This document shows, in pieces, positions 1 through 14,897 of a stretch of 64,000 nt of DNA. The notes under the pieces were generated by a model. That model had not been told where the DNA came from. It did no database searches and saw only the letters and a list, made by a program, of their open reading frames with translations. The DNA comes from Eledone cirrhosa (Eukaryota): assembly GCA_964016885.1 (NCBI GenBank), contig OZ024766.1, forward strand, positions 1 to 64,000, given 5' to 3'. Both the position numbers and the translations under genes were made by a program. Within the stretch, counting starts at the first letter, position 1. Every line of letters starts with the position of its first letter.

Positions 1-329
<329 letters not shown>

Positions 330-740
330 CTTTTATGTCTTTTGTATTTTTTATTTAATTTGTTACCAGCTGACCCTGTGGAAATTCTTCCGCACTTTAC
401 TCAGAAGCAACCACCAAGTATAAAGATGAATATGGCCCTTTAAATGTTTTATTAATAAGTTAGGTGTGTGTGTCATCATCATCATCATCATCAACGTTTA
501 ACGTCCGTGTTCCACGCTTGCATGGGTTTGGACGGGGGTTTTCCCACTTGAGGCAAGAGTGATTGTCTTGCTCGCATAGGACTGTCTGGCGGGTTTTCTA
601 CAGTTGGATGCCCTTCCTAACACCAGTGTGTATAATATATATATATAAATAATGAAAAATTGAACGGGAACAAAACAGAGAGGCAGTACAAACAAAAGTT
701 TATTAATTTCACGCTCTTGAGAGTGGGGTGATGGTGGGGA

Positions 741-772
741 ACGACGTTTCGGGCATAAGCCCTTCTTCAGGT
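741..772 (-). ncRNA. Minimal PLE-type hammerhead motif (CTGAAGAAGGGC-TTAT-GCCC-GAAACGTC)
   Basis: Core plus 4-bp stem II and ACGT palindromic stem III; stem I weak. Lies in a repeat (about 650-790) also found at 24655-24890 and 28362-28590. Confidence 0.6.
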
Positions 773-1053
773 GAAAAGTGTGTGGGAATATATATATAAT
801 TATATATAATGGAAAACGAAGAATCAGTATTACAATTATTTTCTCCAGCGAACAGCTTGAGGTGCGATCTGTTTGTGGATCGAACCTGACCTCTGGATTC
901 GCAAGTTCCTCAGACACGTTTAGCGACTTCAAAGCAAATCCCTCTGCTCCGAAGGAGCATAGAGTGCTTCACCAGCATACCGCCTATGGAAGCATCCAAG
1001 CAACCTTACCGCAAATATATATATATATATGTGTGTGTATATATATATATATA

Positions 1054-1396
1054 TCATCATTCATCATCATTTCATTTTACGTCCACTTTTCCCTGCTTGC
1101 AAGGGTGAGACGGGAAATGATTCTGGCTTGATCTCTACAGCTGGATGCCCTTCCTAACACCAACCTCATTTACAGTGAGTGCTGGGTGCTTTTTTTTGCC
1201 GTGGCACCTCCACGACCACCTTTACAGTGGAATGATAGGGACCCCAGTCCCTATCATCTCATTTCTACAGCTGAGTAAACTGGAGCAATGTGAAATAGTG
1301 TCTTGCTCAAGGAAACAACACATCACCTGGTCTGAGAATTGAACTCACAACCTTTCGATTACAAGGCCAATGCTCTAACCACTAAGCCATGTGCCT
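1054..1396 (-). mobile_element. SINE family 1
   Basis: Reverse complement of 5038-5370. Confidence 0.9.
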
Positions 1397-2018
1397 ATAT
1401 ATATATATGTATATAAAGGGCATCCAGCCGTAGAAAAACCCGCCAGACAGTCCTATGCAAGCAAGACAACCAATCTTGCCTCAAGTGGGAAAACTCCCGT
1501 CCAAACCCATGCAAGCATGGAAGATGGACGTTTAAACGATGATGATGATGATGATGATATATATAGAATTAGAATTAGACTTCGAGCATAGCTGTATACA
1601 GATATGTATTGGAATTTTGTATTTCTAAAGAAATATGGTATGTTTATAAATAAACATTTATTATTATTATTATTATTATTATCATCTTTATTATTTTTTA
1701 TTATTATTTTTTATTATTTACTTTGCCTTTCATCCTTACGGGGTTGATAAAATAAAGTACCAGTAATGCACTGGGTATTTGCTGGCCTTGTGCCTAAAGT
1801 AGTAACAATATTATTTTTTATTATTTATTATTATTATTTTTTTTTCTCAACTTCTTTGCTGCTGCTGCTGCTGCTGCTGCTGCTGTGTGTCCAGTTCCTT
1901 GAAAGACCCCAGGTAATTCTCAATATTAAAGAGACCGACTTCCCACCCCAAATGGAACCAATAGAACAAAACAGCCTGGATAGCTTCTCGGACAGTCTTC
2001 GTTGAGTCACACACACCC

Positions 2019-2049
<31 letters not shown>

Positions 2050-2062
2050 CACACACACACAC

Positions 2063-2108
<46 letters not shown>

Positions 2109-2255
2109 CTCTCTCTCACACACACACACAGTTTAATTAATCTTTAATCTTTCCTTAAACAATATCTCCAGTGAAACTCTTCCCTATGTTGAAAATAATC
2201 AAGAATTTGTAGAGATTTAGTAGTACAACTAACTTTCTCATTAAGCTGGTGTCTG

Positions 2256-2497
2256 GAACATAACTTAACAAAGGTTCTTACATAAAAATTATGATGGAAG
2301 GTTTTTAGATAAATATAAACACTTTTAAAACAGTTTTCTATCACAGAACCAAAGCTGTTTGGAACATAACTTAACAAAGGTTCTTACATAAAATTATGAT
2401 GGAAGGTTTTTAGATAAATATAAACACTTTAAAACAGTTTTCTATCATAGAACCAGGGCTGTTTGGAACATAACTTAACAAAGGTTCTTACATAAAA
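2256..2497. repeat. About 105-bp tandem repeat, 2.3 copies
   Basis: GGAACATAACTTAACAAAGGTTCTTACATAAAA x3. Confidence 0.9.
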
Positions 2498-2756
2498 GTA
2501 TGTTGCAGTTTTGATGATAAAACCAGGGTCCGTCATTACACCTTTCTCTTCCTCTCTTTCCTTTATTCACCCCCCCCCCCTCTTCCTTGCACCCACCCCA
2601 CCCTTATTTGCTCCTCTCTCTCTCTCTATGTTCTACTCATGTACCCCTCCTATCACTCACACTCTATCTCATAGAGGTCCACTCCACTCGAGATTTTTTA
2701 CAATTTCTTCTTTACTAACCTGTCTTGTATGTAGCAATTATATATAGACACATACA

Positions 2757-2811
<55 letters not shown>

Positions 2812-2862
2812 GTGTATATATACTTATATTTATATACATATAAATATATATATATACATGTA

Positions 2863-2903
<41 letters not shown>

Positions 2904-2973
2904 CATATGTACATGTATATATATACATACATATGTACATGTGTATATATACTTGTATATATATACTTGTATT

Positions 2974-3069
<96 letters not shown>

Positions 3070-3484
3070 CATACATATGTACATATATATATATACACAC
3101 ACACACATATATATACACACACACATATAATATATATACACACACACATACAACAAACATATATATATTTACACACACACATACACACATATATATATAT
3201 GTATATATATAAACATACATACAATCACCAGTACTACTACTACTACTACAACAAGCACAACAACCACATACAACAAGCACAACCACCACAACAACAACCA
3301 CCACCACCACAACAACAACCACCACCACCACAACAACCACCACCACCACAACAACAACCACCACAACAACAACAACCACCACCACAACAACAACAAACCA
3401 CCATCTTTTCTCACTGTATATGTAATAACGAAGTAAATATCTTATCTTAACCTATCTTAACATGTGTTGTTGTCTCTTCTTCAG

Positions 3485-4340
3485 CTGTATGGTGCCTGCA
3501 TGTGATGAACAGTGCCACATGGCAGTGAATGTAGAGGGACATGTGGTGCTACATGACTGAATGTAGAGGGACGTGTGGTGCTACATGGGCAGTAGATGCA
3601 GAGGACCTGTGGTGCTACATGGCAGTGACCGTAGAGGGCATGTGGTGCTACATGACTGAACGTAGAGGGATGTGTGGTGCTACATGGGCAGTAGGTGCAG
3701 AGTACATGTGGTGCTACATGGCAGTGAATTTAGAGGGACATGTGGTGCTACATGGTCAGTAGAGGGTATGTGGTGCTTCATGGCAGTAGATGTAGAGGAT
3801 GTGTGGTGCTACATGACTGAACGTAGAGGGATGTGTGGTGCTACATGGGCAGTAGGTGCAGAGGACATGTGGTGCTACATGGCGGTGAATTTAGAGGGAC
3901 ATGTGGTGCTACATGGGCAGTAGAGGGTATGTGGTGCTTCATGGCAGTAGATGTAGAGGATATGTGGTGCTACATGGAAGTGAGACATGGGCTGTGACTG
4001 CAGAGGATATGTGGTGCTACATGGTAGGGAATGTAGAGGATATGTGGTGCTACATGGAAGTAGATGTAGAGGATATGTTGTGCTACAGAGGATATGTGTT
4101 GCTACATGGTAGTGAAACGTGGGCAGTGACTACAGAGGACATGTGGGGCTACTTGGGCTGTGCTACAAAGCATGGATGAACTGAGAGAGAAACTGGGCAT
4201 AAGAGGAATCAGGTGTAGTGAGCTAGTGAGAAGACTGAGCTGGTATGGACATGTGGTGTGTATGGATGGTGATTGTTGGGTGAAGAAGTGTCAGGAGTTC
4301 CCAGTGGAAGGAAGCTGCAGACGAGGAAGACCTAGGCAGA
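3485..4340 (+). mobile_element. LINE 3' fragment with an internal 35-40-bp minisatellite (about 3515-4160)
   Basis: LHGSETWAVTAEDM reiterated; downstream LREKLGIRGIRC...RRLSWYGHV...GRPR. Confidence 0.8.
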
Positions 4341-4944
4341 AGATTGGAGAGCTGACCTCAAAATACGGAAGGTTACAGCAGAGGAGACAATGAAGAAACA
4401 AAGCAAGTGAAGAGAGGATTTTCTGGTAAAGACCTGCCAAACCCTTGTTGGCATATGAAAAAAAAAAAAACATGTGAAATGTTGTTTATGATAATGATTT
4501 AACAGTTCACTAGATACGTACAACCAAGGGCAAGAGAAGGTGAGTTGCTGCTTTCTACCTGCATAAATATACATTATTTACAGCAAGAAATATATATATA
4601 TATATACACACACAGGTGTGTGTATATATATATGTATATTCTATTCTAGGGCGGGTAAAATTCCCGAGATCCATGGACGAGTTCTCTCCAGCAGTCTCTG
4701 TCCCTCATTATCGCTGCCATGTCCTGCGTCTCCAACAGACCAGTGTCTGTCCTTAGGGTATCAACATACGTTAACCTTAGTCTCCCTCTTCCAGTGTGTC
4801 CATGTATATATAAGCAAAGGGATATTTAATTTGTTGGTAATTCAACAAATATATTTATAACAGATTCAAAGCACTCAACAAGTTTTCTGGAGTATAATAT
4901 ACAATGATATTAATAAATGAAAACTATATTTATGAAACCATATT

Positions 4945-5005
4945 TATTCTATTATATATATTTCAAGGGTACCAAAACTTTGGTATGCTCTCATCAGATA
5001 AAATA
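4945..5005 (-). ncRNA. Minimal hammerhead ribozyme motif in a PLE-like fragment (about 4815-5020)
   Basis: Reverse complement: TATTTTAT-CTGATGA-GAGCATACCAAAGTTTTGGTACCCTT-GAAA-TATATATA-ATAGAATA. Confidence 0.75.
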
Positions 5006-5037
5006 CAAAGTTTGTTTTATATATATATATATCAGAT

Positions 5038-5370
5038 GGAGACACATGGCTTAGTGGTTAGAGCATTGGGCTTGCAATCGAAAGGTTGTGAGTTCAATTC
5101 TCAGACCGGGTGATGTGTTGTTTTTGAGCAAGACACTTTATTTCACATTGCTCCAGTTTACTCAGCTGTAGAAATGAGATGATAGGGACTAGGGTCCCTA
5201 TCATTCCACTGCAAAGTGGTCGTGGAGGTGCCACGGCAAAAAAGCACCCAGCACTCACTGTAAATGAGGTTGGTGTTAGGAAGGGCATCCAGCTGTAGAG
5301 ATCAAGCCAGAATCAGTTCCCGTCCCACCCTTGCAAGCAGGGAAAAAGCGGACGTAAAATGATGATGATG
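5038..5370 (+). mobile_element. tRNA-derived SINE family 1, full length
   Basis: A box TGGCTTAGTGG, B box GAGTTCAATTC, core TTGAGCAAGACACTTTA, hairpin GATAGGGAC-TAGG-GTCCCTATC, LINE-like tail and (ATG)n. Confidence 0.9.
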
Positions 5371-5969
5371 CTGATATACATATATATATATATATATATG
5401 AGAGAGAGAAAGAGATAAGCGCAAACACAAGCACAAACACACACATACACACACAAGTATATACATATACACACACATAAGTACATACAGACAGACACAC
5501 ACACATAAGTAAATACAGACACACACACATACACATAAACACACACACAAACACAAAAACTTCCTTTTAATCATGAGGTGTGTTTTTGTTTTCATAAGAA
5601 GTGTCTCTGCGTGTGTGTGTGTGGATATGTGTGTGTGTGAATGTGTGTCTGTGTGAATGTGTGTGTGTGTGAATGTGTGTCTGTGTGTGTGGATATGTGA
5701 GCATGTGTGTGTGGGAAGGGTCGGTAGGTGTGTGTGTGTGAAAGCCGAGTGTATATCTAGTCTCAAGGGTGTTGTTGGTAATATATATATAATATATATA
5801 CAGGGCATGGTGTGTGTATAATATATATAATATATATAATATATATACAGGGCATGGTGTATATATAATATATATAATATATATACAGGACATGGTGTGT
5901 GTATATAGATATATATATAGTCGTTCCAGAGCATAACTTTAACTCATGTTTACATTAAAGTTGAAAGCA

Positions 5970-6099
5970 GATATATATATATATATATATATGTAGGTAT
6001 ATATGTATATATGTATGTATATATATATATATGTATATATATATATGTATATATATATGTATATATATATGTATATATATATATATGTATATATATATG

Positions 6100-6130
<31 letters not shown>

Positions 6131-6712
6131 GTATGTATATATGTATATATATATGTATGTATGTATATATATATGTATATATATATATATGTATATATAT
6201 ATGTATATATATATGTATGTATATATGTATATATATATGTATATATATATGTATGTATATATGTATATATATATGTATGTATATATATATATGTATGTAT
6301 ATATATATATATGTATATATATATGTATATATATGTATATATATATGTATATACCTATATATATATGTATATACCTACATACATGTATATATATATGTAT
6401 ATAGGTGTATATATGTATATATGTGCATTCTTGTGTACATATTGTGTGTGAGTGTTTTGTTATGCTTCATATTTTAAATAATGTATATATAAAGCTACAT
6501 GTGTGTATATATATATATAAATACATGTATATGTATACACATATATATATATATACACACATATTTATACATATATATATATATACACATATTTATACAC
6601 ATATATATATAAATACACATATATATGTACATATATATATATATACATATACACATATGTATACATATATATATACACATATTTATACATACATATACAT
6701 ATACACATATAA

Positions 6713-6766
<54 letters not shown>

Positions 6767-6983
6767 GTATACATATATATATACATATTTATACATACAT
6801 ATACATATACACATATAAATATATATATATATATATATATACACATATGTATACATATATATATATACACATATTTATACACATATTTATACATACATAT
6901 ACATATACACATATAAATATATACATATATATATATATACATCTTTGTGTTTATATATATACATATATATACACATACATATA

Positions 6984-7017
<34 letters not shown>

Positions 7018-7403
7018 CATATATATATACATACATATACATAAATATACATATATATATATATACATATATACATACATATATATATATACACACATAT
7101 ACACATACATACATATATATAAATCATCATCATCATTATATATACTTATAGTTGTGTTGTTTTTTTAAAGATCTATGGAGTTATTCTGTATATGTCATTT
7201 GGCTAATATACTCATGTCTATACATATGTATATACTCATGTCTGTACATATGTATATACACACTCAGACATATTGTAGGTACATAAGGGGGGGGGGGGGT
7301 ATAGGGGTCTCTTGTTTCATATTTGTACATGATTACTTTAATGGCTATAGAAACTGTTTTGATGTGTAGCCAAAAATAGAACACATATATATATATGTAT
7401 ATA

Positions 7404-7461
<58 letters not shown>

Positions 7462-7795
7462 TATATATATATAAACATGTGTGTGTGTATATGTATATAT
7501 GTATATATATGTATATGTACATATATATATGTATATATATATATGTACATATATATATGTGCATATATACATATGTACATATCTACATATATATGTACAT
7601 ATATATATATATTTATATATATATATATACATATATATAAACATATATGTGTGTGTATATATACATATATGTATATGTACATATATATATGTACATATAT
7701 ATATACATATATATATATATATATGTACATATATATATATGTAAATATATATATGTACATATATGTATGTACATATACATATATATAAACATATA

Positions 7796-7829
<34 letters not shown>

Positions 7830-7836
7830 CATACAC

Positions 7837-7870
<34 letters not shown>
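5970..7870. repeat. Compound (TA)n/(TATG)n/(CATA)n block, representative of many in the window
   Basis: Source of the spurious Y/I/M/H/C-rich ORFs. Confidence 0.97.
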
Positions 7871-7880
<10 letters not shown>

Positions 7881-7914
7881 TATAAGATCAAAAGATGGTT
7901 AAAAGAGTTCCATG

Positions 7915-7985
7915 TATTTTATTATGCGCATTTCAAAAACAAATATCATCATGCAATAACATTTGCGTTTTCGTCAGATAAAATA
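7915..7985 (-). ncRNA. Minimal type I hammerhead ribozyme motif (mirror of 8084-8154)
   Basis: Reverse complement reads TATTTTAT-CTGACGA-stem II-GAAATGCGCATA-ATAAAATA. Confidence 0.8.
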
Positions 7986-8083
7986 GGGACACATGATATT
8001 AATGTTAAAACACACTTGTGAATAGTGCAGTTTTAAATCAACACTATTCTCAAGTGTGTTTTAACCTTCATATCATGTCTCCC

Positions 8084-8154
8084 TATTTTATCTGATGAAA
8101 ACGCAAATGTTATTGCATGATTATATTTGTTTTTGAAATGCGCATAATAAAATA
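8084..8154 (+). ncRNA. Minimal type I hammerhead ribozyme motif
   Basis: TATTTTAT-CTGATGA-stem II-GAAA-TGCGCA-TA^ATAAAATA; 8-bp stem I, palindromic stem III ATGCGCAT. Confidence 0.8.
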
Positions 8155-8363
8155 CATGGAACTCTTTTAACCATCTTTTGATCTTATATATTATTTATAC
8201 TCCAGTCCTACAAACTGTAGAGTGCTTCTTATTCGATATCTGCATTGCTTTATTGTACTACAATAAAACTTTATTGTACTACTATAAAACTCACCTCCTA
8301 CATATATATATATATATATACACATATATATATACATATATATACACATACATACATACATAT

Positions 8364-8700
8364 GGAGGCACATGGCTTAGTGGTTAGAGCATTGGCTTTA
8401 CAATTGAAAGGTTGTGAGTTCAATTCTCAGACCGGGTGATGTGTTGTTTCCTTGAGCAAGACACTTTATTTCACATTGCTCCAGTTTACTCAGCTGTAGA
8501 AATGAGATGATAGGGACTGGGGTCCCTATCATTCCACTGCAAAGTGGTCGTGGAGGTGCTACGGCAAAAAAGCACCCAGCACTCACTGTAAATGAGGTTG
8601 GTGTTAGGAAGGGCATCCAGCTGTAGAAATCAAGCCAGCATCAGTTCCCGTCCCACCCTTGCAAGCAGGGGGAAGTAGACGTAAAATGAAATGAAATGAT
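8364..8700 (+). mobile_element. SINE family 1
   Basis: Colinear with 5038-5370. Confidence 0.9.
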
Positions 8701-8704
8701 GCAT

Positions 8705-8758
<54 letters not shown>

Positions 8759-9079
8759 ATGTATATATATGTATATATATGTATATGTATATATATGTAT
8801 ATGTATATATATGTATATATATATATATGTATATATGTATGTATATGTATATATATGTATATATATGTATATGTATATATATGTATATATATATATGTAT
8901 ATATGTATGTATATATGTTTGTATATATATATATATATATATATATGATATTAAATAAATGGAAACTATATTTATAAAACCATATTTATTTCGTTATACT
9001 CCAAATACTTGTTGAGTGCTTTTATATCAGTTATAAATATTTATTTGTTGTTAACCCAACAATTTAAATATAACTTTCC

Positions 9080-9122
<43 letters not shown>

Positions 9123-9163
9123 ATATATAATATATATATATATAATTTGTATATATATATATG

Positions 9164-9205
<42 letters not shown>

Positions 9206-9215
9206 TATATATGTA

Positions 9216-9270
<55 letters not shown>

Positions 9271-9274
9271 AAAT

Positions 9275-9515
9275 CAATCCCAAGCCCAGAAGCTCACCAG
9301 GCCGGTGTTTAACTCTGGTTTCCCTTCTGTTAAGCGGCTGAGAATACAAAACTCTCCCTGGCTAGGCAGCCAGTCTCCCACAGATTTAATTCCTCAGTAT
9401 ACTGGAGCTATGTGAAATAAAGTGTTTTGCTCAAGAACAAAAGGAGGCAAGAACTGAACCTGTGTTACCAGCGTATAATAAGAATCCCTTACCACAAAGA
9501 CACCTGCCTTAACAT
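9275..9515 (-). mobile_element. Older SINE remnant
   Basis: Shares the TTCTTGAGCAAAACACTTTATTTCACATAGCTCCAGT core with family 1 but has a different tail. Confidence 0.55.
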
Positions 9516-9618
9516 AGCATGACAGATTCCGCAGTGTCAGCTGTGAAATGCACAGTAAGCATTTTTGACCCCCCACCTGAAAAAAAAATTTTTTTTTTTT
9601 AAATATAAAAACATATAC

Positions 9619-9682
<64 letters not shown>

Positions 9683-9698
9683 ATATATGTATGTGTGT

Positions 9699-9736
<38 letters not shown>

Positions 9737-9852
9737 GTGTACATATATGTGTATATATGTATGTGTATATATATATATATATATATGTGTATATATGTAT
9801 ATGTGAACACACACACACACACATACATATATATATATAAATATATATATAT

Positions 9853-9885
<33 letters not shown>

Positions 9886-9952
9886 TATATACATACACAT
9901 GTATGTACATATGTGTATATATGTATGTGTGTACTCACACACACACATACAT

Positions 9953-10001
<49 letters not shown>

Positions 10002-10047
10002 TACACATATATGTACATATATGTACATATATGTGTATATATGTATG

Positions 10048-10087
<40 letters not shown>

Positions 10088-10302
10088 TATTCATTCATTC
10101 AAACTGCCAAAATAACTTCTAACTAAACTCTACACCATGGGGGCCCAATAAGGAACACATGTTCAACATTAGGACATGCTAATTGCACAGTGAAATACAA
10201 CATTTAAATAGAAATGAAATAGGGGGTTTTCAATCAACATCCTGTAATGTTTTAGCAGAAAATATCTAAAAACAATGTGGTTTGTTAATTCAAATGTTTA
10301 AA

Positions 10303-11408
10303 GTATCTTTACTGGTGGACAGATTGTTGTGAATATTTACAGTATTACAGTAAAGACTTTAATATTTAATGTGATGTAGTCATAGTGTTGTTTTGTACTA
10401 AATGTTTATAGCATCTTTACTGGTGGACAGATTGTTGTGAATATTTACAGTATTACAGTAAAGACTTTAATATTTAATGTGATGTAGTCATAGTGTTGTT
10501 TTGTACTAAATGTTTATAGTATCTTTACTGGTGGACAGATTGTTGTGAAAATTTACAGTATTACAGTAAAGACTTTAATATTTAATGTGATGTAGTCATA
10601 GTGTTGTTTTGTACTAAATGTTTATAGTATCTTTACTGGTGGACAGATTGTTGTGAAAATTTACAGTATTACAGTAAAGACTTTAATATTTAATGTGATG
10701 TAGTCATAGTGTTGTTTTGTACTAAATGTTTATAGTATCTTTACTGGTGGACAGATTGTTGTGAAAATTTACAGTATTACAGTAAAGACTTTAATATTTA
10801 ATGTGATGTAGTGTTGTTTTGTACTAAATGTTTATAGTATCTTTACTGGTGGACAGATTGTTGTGAAAATTTACAGTATTACAGTAAAGACTTTAATATT
10901 TAATGTGATGTAGTGTTGTTTTGTACTAAATGTTTATAGTATCTTTACTGGTGGACAGATTGTTGTGAATATTTACAGTATTACAGTAAAGACTTTAATA
11001 TTTAATGTGATGTAGTCATAGTGTTGTTTTGTACTAAATGTTTATAGTATCTTTACTGGTGGACAGATTGTTGTGAAAATTTACAGTATTACAGTAAAGA
11101 CTTTAATATCTAATGTGATGTAGTCATAGTGTTGTTTTGTACTAAATGTTTATAGTATCTTTACTGGTGGACAGATTGTTGTGAAAATTTACAGTATTAC
11201 AGTAAAGACTTTAATATTTAATGTGATGTAGTCATAGTGTTGTTTTGTACTAAATGTTTATAGTATCTTTACTGGTGGACAGATTGTTGTGAAAATTTAC
11301 AGTATTACAGTAAAGACTTTAATATCTAATGTGATGTAGTCATAGTGTTGTTTTGTACTAAATGTTTATAGTATCTTTACTGGTGGACAGATTGTTGTGA
11401 AAATTTAC
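10303..11408. repeat. 108-bp satellite, about 10 copies (two with a 6-bp deletion)
   Basis: ACTGGTGGACAGATTG recurs at 10311, 10419 and onward. Confidence 0.97.
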
Positions 11409-11460
11409 ACACACCTACATCCATGTATGTGTGTGTGTGTATCGTATTATGTATGTATGA

Positions 11461-11763
11461 AAGGCCCCCAGTTGTTGTCACAACACCTTCCAAGGAGAGG
11501 GAAACGCTGAAAAACAAACCTGCGGCTTCGGAAGCATCCAATGATGTTGACCAGCTCTGCTTTTCAGGTAGTGATTCGATGCTCAAAGAGTGGGATTGGT
11601 CGAGTGCAAGGCCTTTCCCCACTTAAAAAAACCTTCAAAGCCCAGGCATCACTTGTTCAGGATCTGTTACAGGTTCGTGTGGCTGGCCGTAGCCTAAAAG
11701 TGCACCAAACTCTATAATCTGACAAGCAATTGCAAAACTCTTAGCAGAGTTTGCAGCCATCAT
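11461..11763 (+). mobile_element. RTE 5'-UTR-derived non-autonomous fragment
   Basis: Closely matches 53840-54095; ends GCAGCCATCAT. Confidence 0.75.
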
Positions 11764-11841
11764 GTGTATAGATATATAGATATATATGTATATATGTATG
11801 TATGTATATATGTATATGCCCACAACAGGACAACCTGTCTC

Positions 11842-11991
11842 ACTACATAGAATTAAAATAAACTGCTATGGATTATTTGGATTTGGAAAAGATGAAATTG
11901 TTGTGGTATTTATATATTGGTTAATTCTGAGGAGTCCCAGGAGGGAAATTACATTATTATATAAATAACAGTGTTTGGTAACACATTTTAA

Positions 11992-12048
<57 letters not shown>

Positions 12049-12259
12049 AACCAGTAAGACCCCGACGGCTGAGCTCAAGCCGTTTCGACGGCTAATTCTG
12101 AGAATTAGCCGTCGAAACGGCTTGAGCTCAGCTGTCGGGGTCTTACTGGTTTCTATTACCCACTCTACTACCCCAAGTATTGAGTACTTTGGTGCGTTAT
12201 GGTCCACCTGGTTCCTTACCACATTTCCTTCGTTATATATATATTTATATATATATACA

Positions 12260-12339
<80 letters not shown>

Positions 12340-12444
12340 TATATATATATATACACACACACATATATATATATACACACACACATATATATATATACAC
12401 ACACATATATATATATATATATACACACATATATATATATATAT

Positions 12445-12537
<93 letters not shown>

Positions 12538-12548
12538 TATATATATAT

Positions 12549-12623
<75 letters not shown>

Positions 12624-12798
12624 TATATATATATATGTATATATTAGATTAAAATGTGTTACCAAACACTGTTATTTATATAATAATGTAATTTCCCTCC
12701 TGGGACTCCTCAGAATTAACCAATATATAAATACCACAACAATTTCATCTTTTCCAAATCCAAATAATCCATAGCAGTTTATTTTAATTCTACGTAGT
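11842..12798. repeat. About 155-bp inverted repeat pair enclosing (TA)n and the hairpin element
   Basis: 11842-11998 is a near-perfect reverse complement of 12642-12798. Confidence 0.9.
12045..12235. mobile_element. GC-rich hairpin element (half-hammerhead palindrome plus about 80-nt tail)
   Basis: About 55-bp arms, each reading GAAAC-GGC-TTGAGCTCA-GCY-GTC; copies at 45388-45578, 45627-45735, 48317-48441, all in (TA)n. Confidence 0.7.
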
Positions 12799-13448
12799 TG
12801 GGCAGTGTCTGGTCGGCTGACCTTGTCTTGCTCATACGGAAACTGATTCTGGCTTGATTTCTACAGCTGGATGCCCTTCCTAACACCAACCTCATTTACA
12901 GTGAATGCTGGGTGTTTTTTTTTTTGGCCATGGCACCTCCACGACCACTTTGCAGTGGAATGATAGGGACCCCAGTCCTATCATCTCATTTCTACAGCTG
13001 AGTAAACTGGAGCAATGTGTATATATATATATATATATCATCATCATCATCATCATCGTTTAACATCCATGTTCCACGCTTGCATGGGTTTGGACGGGAG
13101 TTTTCCCACTTGAGGCAAGAGTGGTTGTCATTGCTCGCATAGGACTGTCTGGCGGGTTTTCTACAGCTGGATGCCCTTCCTAACACCAACCACATTTACA
13201 GTGTGGGGCTGGGAGGTTTTTACCGTGTTGCCTACACGGCCACATTACAGCGTCGACTGTCTGGCGGGTTTTCTACAGCTGGATGCCCTTCCTAACACCA
13301 ACCACATTTACAGTGTGGGACTGGGAGGTTTTTACCGTGTTGCCTACACGGCCACATTACAGCGTGGACTGGGTGTTTTTTTGTCGTGACACCTACACGA
13401 TCTCATTTGTTTCGGCCTGGATGTTGTGTGGTACCAACATAACTTTAC

Positions 13449-13491
<43 letters not shown>

Positions 13492-13826
13492 AGTGTGTGT
13501 GTGTGTGTTTTCGGCAATCATTGAAAAGGCCATAAAACCTCGCTGTATCCCTGTGTTAGGTTTGTGACCCCATAAAACCTTCCTGTATCCCTGTGTTAAG
13601 GAGAGGTCTCTGATGAAATTTGATCTGTAAACACCTCTCCATATGTCAACATTACTTTGTGTCTGTGTTACCTCTGTATATATATGTATATATGTATATA
13701 TGTGTGTGTGTGTGTGTGTATATATATGGGTGTGTGTATGTATATATGTGTGTGTGTGTGTGTATATATATAAATATATATATATATATGTGTGTGTATA
13801 TATATATGGGTGTGTGTATGTATATA

Positions 13827-13881
<55 letters not shown>

Positions 13882-14060
13882 ATATATATGTGTGTGTGTG
13901 TGTATATATATGTGTGTGTGTGTGTATATATATGTGTGTGTGTGTGTATATATATGTGTGTGTGTGTATGTATATATGTATGTATATATATATATATATA
14001 ATACATATATGTTTGTCTGTGTGTGTATATATATATACACCACCACCATATATATATATA

Positions 14061-14257
14061 TACGTTATTCCGGGTTGAATCGGAGGTAACCACAGTAAGT
14101 AAGGTACTCAATACATAGCAGAGTATAACAGTTTTAATATAGATGAGATTCTACAGGACTAGAACTGTTTCATTCATTAGAAATCATAAGGAATCGCTGA
14201 TGATTTCTAATGAATGAAACAGTTCTAGTCCTGTAGAATCTCATCTATATTAAAACT
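14061..14257. mobile_element. PLE-like fold-back fragment with hammerhead core (arms 14130-14190 and 14197-14257)
   Basis: CTGATGA...GAAAC-AGTTCTA-GTC on the right arm; same family as 38898-39090; flanked by (TA)n. Confidence 0.65.
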
Positions 14258-14280
14258 ATATATATATATATATATATATA

Positions 14281-14733
14281 TGGTGGTGGTGTTGGTGGAG
14301 TGGTGCTGTTGGGGTGGAGTGGTGTTGGAGGGGTGTTGGTGTTGTAGCGGTGATGCCTGAGTGGTGGTGGTGGAGTGGTGTTGGTTGAGTGTTGGTGGAG
14401 TGGTGGTGTTGGTGGAGTGGTGGTGTTGGAGTGGTGTTGGTGGAGTGGTGGAGTGGTGGTGTTGGAGTGGTGTTGGTGGAGTGGTGGTGTTGGAGTGGTG
14501 TTGGTGGAGTGGTGGTGGTGGTGGAGTGGTGTTGGAGTGGTGGTGTTGGAGTGGTGTTGGTGGAGTGGTGTTGGTGGAGTGTTGGTGTTGGAGTGGTGGT
14601 GGTGTTGGAGTGGTGGTGGTGTTGGAGTGGTGGTGTTGGAGTGGTGGTGTTGGAGTGGTGGTGGTGGAGTGGTGGTGTTGGAGTGGTGTTGTTGGAGTGG
14701 TGGTGTTGGAGTGGTGGTGTTGGAGTGGTGTTG
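14281..14733. repeat. G-rich low-complexity repeat (GGTGTTGGAGT-type)
   Basis: Direct inspection; similar tracts at 20430-20845, 41040-41375, 43500-43990. Confidence 0.95.
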
Positions 14734-14897
14734 GCTCTGCTGATGTCAGCCGTGAAAACAACAACATTTATAAGATAGAAAGTTATTTGATACCTAATCA
14801 AATAATAATAATAGAAATATAATACTTGAATTAATTAAAATTAGTTAATTAAAATCTTGATTTAATTATGTCTCTTAATATAAACTTGAAAATATAA

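Larger units (their letters stand above)
7872..8290. mobile_element. Penelope-like pLTR fragment in fold-back arrangement (arms about 7872-8020 and 8042-8199) with a 3' tail
   Basis: About 150-bp inverted arms, one hammerhead motif per arm, flanked by (TA)n. Confidence 0.7.

Noticed and set aside
5038-5110. tRNA gene
   Set aside because: A and B boxes are the head of a multi-copy SINE with core and LINE tail; no proper cloverleaf or terminator.
13600-13640. Hammerhead-like GGAGAGGT..CTGATGA...GTAAAC-ACCTCTCC
   Set aside because: GAAA box and NUH triplet are broken; at best a decayed copy.
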